From: Phoronis australis
Taxonomy: Eukaryota; Animalia; Phoronida
Assembly (NCBI GenBank): GCA_002633005.1
Contig: NMRA01000357.1
Coordinates: 138,048-202,047 of the forward strand
Direction: 5' to 3'
DNA: 64,000 nt
The notes under the pieces are model-generated. The model was not told the origin of the DNA. It worked only from the letters and a program-made list of their open reading frames with translations, and made no database searches. The stretch's first letter is position 1. Each line of letters opens with the position of its first letter. A program made the position numbers and the translations under genes. Below are positions 56,680 through 64,000 of this stretch, piece after piece.

Positions 56680-58104
56680 TTTTGCGGCAAAGTGGCGTTC
56701 TCGATCGCTTTCCGGTCGTTCCCGATCGCGGGTTGGCCGGGGTGATTACTGCTAATTTCCCTGGTGCAAGTCTTCGACATGTGGCCACAAATTCACAAAA
56801 GACCTAAGGTTACTATATTCGTGGACAATTGCAGTCAACATGGTCAACTAACTGACAAAAAGTGTGTGGATGCTGAAGCCCTGTGTGTGCTCTATGACTA
56901 TGCAGTTCCATTCGGAGACTACACAACATTACTTGGTAAGTTTTTAGCAATCAGTTTCTATCAACATCGTTTGGTGATGTTATCCCCACCAGTTACCCCA
57001 CTGAATAACAGTTTTATTTAGTGGAACTAAGTGTTTCTTTTTGGAAACTCACCCGATGCCGGGTAGGCTAGCAGCACATATTCATATTGTCCTGGGTATG
57101 AGTGCTCCCAAAATAAGAGGTGTATGGTACGTGATGCACAGAAGTCAAGAGTGACTTTTTCACAGCAGTTTCTCTTCAAAACTATGCTGTTTCCAATAAA
57201 ATTCTCTAGATGAGTGAGTTTCCTTATTTTATCGTGGACCCCACACCCAGGACTACCAGCTCAGTTATAGAATTAACATGAATAAGCCTTAATTCAGTAA
57301 ATGTTGTAACATTGCATTGGAAAAAATTGACACCTAGAATGAATTTTACTTGTTGAGATCAGAAGCACATTTTAAGGGTTATGAAAAATACACATTGTTA
57401 AATCACTCTTAGCCTGTTTCACATATTTTAATTCAGATATTAAATAAGACTTGGGTACAAAGGTTATTAGTTTCTACACATAAACATGAAGATGAAATGT
57501 CAAGTATGTTCTGCCTTACAAAAGTAGTTGTGTCTTGTCTTTTCTTTTACAATTTGCTAATATTTCTATTCTGTTACAGGCAAGAAAAAACAACTGAAAC
57601 CAACCGCNAAACAATTAAGTATCACTTTATTAAGCTGAATCACGTTGACAACAATTGAAAAACGTCAAATGTATCAGGAAACAAGTCATCTGAAAACAGT
57701 TTCACGAAACCATAACATTCTGTAGGCCTACATGTACATGTACACCGTGATGAAAAGATACACAAGAGCAGTTCGCAGATGGACTAGATGTACACTGAGA
57801 GTACACAAAAACTCTGGCCTGGTCCGTCACGAGACCAAAAGTACACCTGTGGTTGTTATCCCTATAACTGTCGCGGGACCAAACAGTACTGGCTGAGATA
57901 AATAGTTTTACAAAGCACACTTTGGTGAAAAACATCACAAGTCTAGTTCGCCGAGAGACCAGAAGTGCACTGAAACTCGATATCTACACAAATCAAGCTG
58001 GCCTGGTCCGTCGCGAGACCTAAAGCGTACTTAGCAAAAAATTTTGAATTGAAAACTTCTCTCTAGACACTTTTTAATCCCCAGTGGATGCTCATACGTG
58101 TAGT

Positions 58105-58720
58105 TCATACATCTGGTGGTCAACTTCTGCGAGAGGTTGTCTAGGAAGGGTTTTCGCACCGTTCTGTAGTACTCACTGGAGGAAACAAGTATGGAGTACA
58201 GATTTAACTACGCACTACGTGAAGTAAGATTTTGGATATGAAGCAGATAGACTCAAGTAGAAATACAAACCAGAATCAGTTTCTGTGCTCTCGTAGACCC
58301 TCTGCTGTACTGGGCAAATTTGGCATGTCCAAAAATAATTTCTATTTTGTTTTCATTTTACACAAGCATAAAAAACAGACATTATTACAAACTGTGTATA
58401 ATTATAACTTATTACCTGGGTGTTTCTCCGGGAACGTTGGTCCTATCTTTCTGTTGTCTAGACTGCCGGGGATCTGTACATCGGATCCAATGGTTTGCTG
58501 CTCTTGGAATCATTCTACCTAGACATCTTCGACGTTTGTTCCCAACGCTTGCACTTCGTCAACTGCTGTGTCAATGAGCTTGTACGCCTCTACATTGTCA
58601 GAATATCGTTTCGCAGCTCAGTTGGCACTAAGCCCCCTGAGATAATCAAGTCCATTCAAAAGACTTACAGCGTGAGCAACTAAATTCGATCCGTTCATCA
58701 TGGACTACTTCAAACCTTGA
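58105..58720 (-). pseudogene. Inverted second copy of the decayed hAT segment
   Basis: Reverse complement matches 46920-47174 and 59560-59836 plus 60649-60700, without the insertions. Confidence 0.7.
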
Positions 58721-59519
58721 CGATGTATCCTAGGACCCATTTGCATCTCTTGCAATTTTCGAAATAAACGTCCCAATGTCTGAACGCTTGAAACCTGAAG
58801 TACTAACANCAAACAAAATCTGGAATTCCATTTGGGGATTGAGGAATTATAGATGACTAAGTTATGATGAGAAATGTACCTGACATGGAAGCGAACAGTT
58901 TTTAACTTCCCTCCCCTCCTCGTCTTTTTGAAACCCTACAAAACGTAGGCACACATAAAGAAATAAGGGCAGCACAAACTTCTCACACGACTTTTCCCAC
59001 AACTGCTTTCGACGCTTGTTATGACAAGGGATTACAATGCACCTGTTGCCAGGAATTGTAGAGGTAGAATGGCGGCCATAACATACTTTGATACGGCGGG
59101 TTAATAAGGTGAAGACTAAGAAGATTAAAGATGAAAACTATTATCTCTGAACTGAAATTGAAGTGCTGAGATACGGTAAGAGGACTTATTTTTTAGATTT
59201 GCTGTGTTTCTTGGTTCCCTTTCGATATTTTGTTCTCTGGCTCGTATTTATTTTCGAGTACAATTTCAAGCACACTGCCATACCAAACTTGAAATTTAAG
59301 CATAGACTCGGAATTTTTACTCAAAATCGTACTCGAAATATAGATGAGATACACTTCAGTTCGAGTACACTCGAAAACTGAGTACGTGCTCGAAATTTCG
59401 AGTACAGATTTTTCGAGTATGACATTGAATACACCAAAGCTGAGTCTGTACTCGAGTTGAGTATGAAGTGTGAGTTTGAGCATGATTCGAGTCTGAGTAC
59501 GGAGATTGGGGACCGGGCC

Positions 59520-61065
59520 CACTCCATGAGCAGACGGCTAAAGTTTCTGCAGGAGCACTCAGGTAATGTATTATAATTCTACAGGTTTTGTAGGAAAATA
59601 GTGTGAGTTTGCTGCTTGTGTGCAATAAACAAGAAATAGAAAACATTTTCGAACATATTAAATTTACCCAGTAAAGCACACGTTCTACGAACGCACAGAA
59701 ACTGATTCTAGTTTGTATTTCCACTTGGCTCTATATCTGCTTCATAACCAAAATCTATGTGACGTAGTGCGTAGTCAAATTTGTTGTCAATACTTGTTTC
59801 TTCTAGTGAGTACTACAGAAGAACAGCGGAAATACCGGATTGTTCTAAAACGCCCTGGATCCCCACGACCCCCCCTACCCATGACCCACGACCCCTTCCA
59901 CCCACGGTCCACAACCTTTTCGACACAGTCTACACATGTTCGACTCGATCTGAACACAGAACAAGCGCTGACTTGCAGGACCATCGAGTCTGGACGTGAC
60001 CTCGGTTGCTTTTTCTCTGTTTTTTGCAATTAATAGAGTCGACGATTCGACAAGTTTGAAAGCCAAAAAACAGAAAAAATAAACAACACCACCAAATCAA
60101 TTTAAAGACCTACCAACGTTACAAAGTTCGTTCCCGACAGAATGTAATCGTCTCGTCTGCTCTTCAGTGAATGTCAGATTCAAGAATTTTTGGGAGAGTG
60201 CAAGGAACCCACAAATATGTAATTTCTTCAGTAAATATAGTTTGAAAACAAAACTGTTAACTAAAAAAAGTATCTCAACGTTACATGGAGTATATAGTAA
60301 ACGAGTATACAACAGAAAACAAATAATAAAAATGTGAAATTATGTGCATTCACGTTAACGCACTCTCACCCCAAGTTTAGAAGAACAGGGGCATCAGTAG
60401 CCGCTCGTAAAACTATTTCCGTGACAACGATAAGCACGCTCACAACTCACTCTTTCAGATCATGTTCTTACGCTACTTTCTGTTTTTAACGACCAGGCTT
60501 GAGCCAGAGCAGATTCACGAGTCACTCAGCAACGTAATATGATTATGCAATGTGTAAAAATCGTAGATGCATCTGTTGCCGCAGGCCGTGGGTGGAGGGG
60601 GTCCAAGGGGTCGAGGGATGTGGAGGTCGAGTGGCTTTAGAACAATCCGGAAATACCCTTCCTAGACAACCCCTCACAGCAGTTGACTGACCAGATTTCG
60701 AAAGACAAAAAGCAGATGGAAGCTGTCATTTCTTGTGCCATAGACAGGATGAGGGATGCAGACTTAGGCTCACTGCAGGATCGGCTGAATTTCTGGGACA
60801 TAGACTTGCCATCACCAGACTATCGGCATTTTGAGTAACACCAATTGCATTATGTTTCAGCGAGAGCTCCTTCTGAAATGCTCGAAGTCGAGAAGAAATG
60901 CCAAGTAACTTGCGTTCCCCACTCAAGCACGCACTCGGACAGCGACATCTTCCCAAACGTTAGGGAGCTGATATTGATAGGATGTGTATCCTCTATTGGA
61001 TCCTGCGAGGCAGGGAGATCATTTCCTGTTCTCAGGCGTTTGAAGACACTTTTGAGGGTTGCTAC
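59520..61065 (+). pseudogene. Continuation of the decayed hAT transposase, including the hATC dimerisation domain, interrupted by a MULE-type MITE
   Basis: EYYRRTAEIP|FLDN..; DSDIFPNVRELILIGCVSSIGSCEAGRSFPVLRRLKTLLR resembles hATC FPNI..LL..LPVTSCEAERSFS.LRRLKT.LR. Confidence 0.75.
59837..60648. mobile_element. Mutator/MULE-type non-autonomous element
   Basis: TIR GGATTGTTCTAAA...TTTAGAACAATCC. Perfect 9-bp TSD GGAAATACC at 59828-59836 and 60649-60657. Confidence 0.85.
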
Positions 61066-64000
61066 TGTATGTCTGAGGAAAGGGTTGCAGGGTTATTACT
61101 GAGGGCCATGCAGTGCGAAACANGCATAAACACACGTTTTTAGGGACTAATAGTTTAAGGGCTTAATGTAACTTCTTTCCGTAACATACCGTAACATGTT
61201 GAAAAACTCGTGGCATGTTGTATGAAAGATTGTCGAAAGTGGTTCTACGACTGGAGTTGAAAAGATATCAAAGACCAAACTACTCCAGGTATCCAGCCAG
61301 GGCCACAGGTCGGTGCTTATAAAGAATGGCTAGAACTGAGTATAATTGTCAGGTTTGTTAACTAATTTTGCCGAGATTGTATGAAACAATACATCAGGAG
61401 TCTCTCTTTATGAAAATCAAGAACAAAATGAAAAAGAAGCAATGAAATGAGGCATGATTTGATAACTACAACTCTCGATCAAAACTCAGACCAGCAAACA
61501 ACCGGAAATTCTCAATGCAAACTCTCGCGGCTAGCCAGTCTCTGCATGCAATGAGAGAAAACACATGATGGGATTAGTGAGTGGGACATTACGACTACCA
61601 AATAAATTGATATTAATAATTTGGCATTCACTACGTGACAGCGCTTTTTGAAGGGTTGAAAGTGGGTGTCACTCAAGTACTACCTACTACAAGCAAGTTT
61701 GCGGGCTGTGGACATTGAAAGGCATGTTGATGGATAGATCTTGGAAGTGTGAACAGATTTAAGAAATCTCACGAATGTGCTTTTTTCATTTTTTGTTCTA
61801 CAATGTCCCAATATTGCGTATTCCACACTTTTTCAACTACGTTTTTTTGTGACTTCATTACATTTAAAATGATTTCAAGGAGAAAAAAATAACGAGAATC
61901 AACGTTTTAGATACCATAACGCTGTCTGACATACATGTATCCATACACCATTTCACCCACTAAGAGTTTATAACTGACCGTGGGTCAGAGGTTACGCAGG
62001 CGCAGGCGACGTCATAGTTGCCTTGAACCAATACCCTAAACAGTTGACACCTTCAGATACAATTTTTAGGCCGGCATCAATAACATGTGAGTTTTAATAA
62101 AATATAAAATAAAATTCGTGCACTATTTCAAGGCGATTTAGCTTTTAGTTATAAACGATTCTTTTGAATTAAGGGTTTGAGACCACATGAAGCGGACGAA
62201 CCGAAAATTATGTTTTTACTTTGACGACAAAACCTACATCACAGGAAAGGCATCGCTGTCTGAAACACAAAATGAAAACAGTATCAAAATCACATGGTGC
62301 GTTAAAAAATTATCACCATTTAGGTGTCAAATTTTGACTCGCTCTTTTGATCGGGTAGGCCATCTTGGATGCCAGGGGCATAGATTACGAGATTAAAAGT
62401 ACTTAAAAATTATTTTTACAAGTATTCCAACAGTAAAATTTAGTGACACATATCCTTACCTACCATTCTTTTTAATTCAAGAGTTTTCACCAGAATTTAA
62501 TCACGCATGTATTACTTATTGAATTGAGTGATTGAAGTGTTCACATTTCACGTTGGACAACATAGGTAGTTCTGCTGAACTGAAAGACATGTTTTGACCC
62601 AGTTACTTAAATAATTGTCATTGGTGAATATTTAACTACATGTATAATACACACTGCTACAAAAAGCGGTTTTGAACAATTTTTTAATGCTTGTGCCATA
62701 ACTATTATGAATATTCTATATATTTCTATGTGAAAGTCCATTCAAATGAACTTGCACTCTTGCTAAAAGATCGTTTGAAATCGTTTTATGTCCGAAGGTC
62801 AACTTTTCTTCAAGGCATGATTATATGTCACAACAGGACACACATTTTTCAAATTTTCATGCATAAATTATGTTTTTGATTCATGTTTTGTAACAAGTTG
62901 CTTTTTACTTCAAGATATATCAAAACAACAAAATGTGAAAAGTCTTAAATGATTTACAGAAATGGGTTACGTTTCCATGAAGTGTGAAGCTTACGCGAAT
63001 CTCTGTCTCATAGCTTCATACTTTTATTATCGTGCTTGTCAAATTCTAGTTTAAGAAGAACGCCTTTATGGTACTCAGTCGGCATGGTAACAGTATGTCC
63101 ACTTTGACACTTAACGTGATTTTGGTTCAGCTTGTATTGCTGGAACTCTAAGTTACTTATTGTGGCAAAACGTTGTAAGGATCATTTTAATTCACATATT
63201 AATTTGTACTGAGATGTAAGCCTTGGCTACAATGACAGTTTGAAACCCCTGCGTGCAATGTTTTTAAGAGATATCATTTTTATATCATATGGGAGCGTGA
63301 CAACAAGTGACAAAACTCCAAAACTCAGATTCCGGGTACAGCATCAGGTAGCAGCTGACGAGGGGGGGGGGGNCTCCGGTGAGACATATGAACGATTTCC
63401 AAAATACTAAAACTGTCACTGTTGGGGCAGCACACGTTACAATCATTCGAAAACATGCATGTAAATAATATTAGGTTTTGGCCAAATTGGAAGTAAGAAG
63501 TGGAAAACAAAAATGACGCTAGAGTGCAGCACGTGTACGACGTTTCGATATTCATCAAAAGTCATCCTCAGGTACAATAGCACACAGGAAACAATCGTAA
63601 CAGAATGCTAGATTAATATCAAAACATCGTTTTTAAACATGCATATGTCATCGTATCCTCTACGGAAACGTTTGGGCAAAGGAATCTAGTTACAGAAACT
63701 GACACCATCAGTAGTAGAATTATCTAAAAATTGACGTCAACTGATTTGATCACTCTAGAAACAAATTTGCAAAACTTAATGAAGCCCCTTTATGAGATAC
63801 AAGTGCATACTGCCCGTCGCCAGGTAGTGTAGAATACGCGATGTTAGGTCCTTTCTATCGGCTGTTGCTTGAAAACAAACAAGAAGCCCATTTTTTTATT
63901 TGCTTATTTTCTTATTCAGACAGCAAACTGGTGGAAAATATTATTGGAAATCACCAAAACCCCGCAAATTGGCCCTCAGAGTACCTCAAATTAAAATGAC

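Larger units (their letters stand above)
47495..56744 (+). mobile_element. Two-gene TIR DNA transposon (P-like DDE + YqaJ exonuclease; convergent C2H2 zinc-finger gene)
   Basis: Left TIR CACCCCGGCCAACCCGCGATCGAGAACGACCGGAA at 47495. Right TIR TTCCGGTCGTTCCCGATCGCGGGTTGGCCGGGGTG ends at 56744. Subterminal GCGATCGRGAACG repeats at both ends in opposite orientation. Contains three N joins; TSD not resolved. Confidence 0.9.

Noticed and set aside
61124-64000. Possible genes at the right end of the window
   Set aside because: AT-rich, only short ORFs, no recognisable domain or consistent exon chain.

Overview
Eukaryotic (invertebrate animal, probably lophotrochozoan; inference) genomic DNA with spliceosomal introns and single-N assembly joins. 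Left third: a convergent pair of mitochondrial genes, PRORP/MRPP3 (+, one coding exon) and CCDC51/MITOK (-, 3 coding exons). Middle: a minus-strand gene of at least 13 coding exons encoding an unusually large Delta-like DSL protein (C2/MNNL, DSL, ~33 EGF repeats, juxtamembrane domain, TM, Tyr-motif tail). A MITE-associated 90-bp duplication copies one of its splice acceptors. Right third: a truncated copy (42791-45953) and an apparently full-length but assembly-mosaic copy (47495-56744) of an unusual TIR DNA transposon with CACCCCGG termini and GCGATCGRGAACG subterminal repeats. It encodes a ~1,545-aa P-element-like DDE transposase with a YqaJ/lambda-exonuclease domain inserted between the first two catalytic Asp motifs, plus a convergent 5-finger C2H2 gene. 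It is embedded in a nest of hAT fossils and MITEs.
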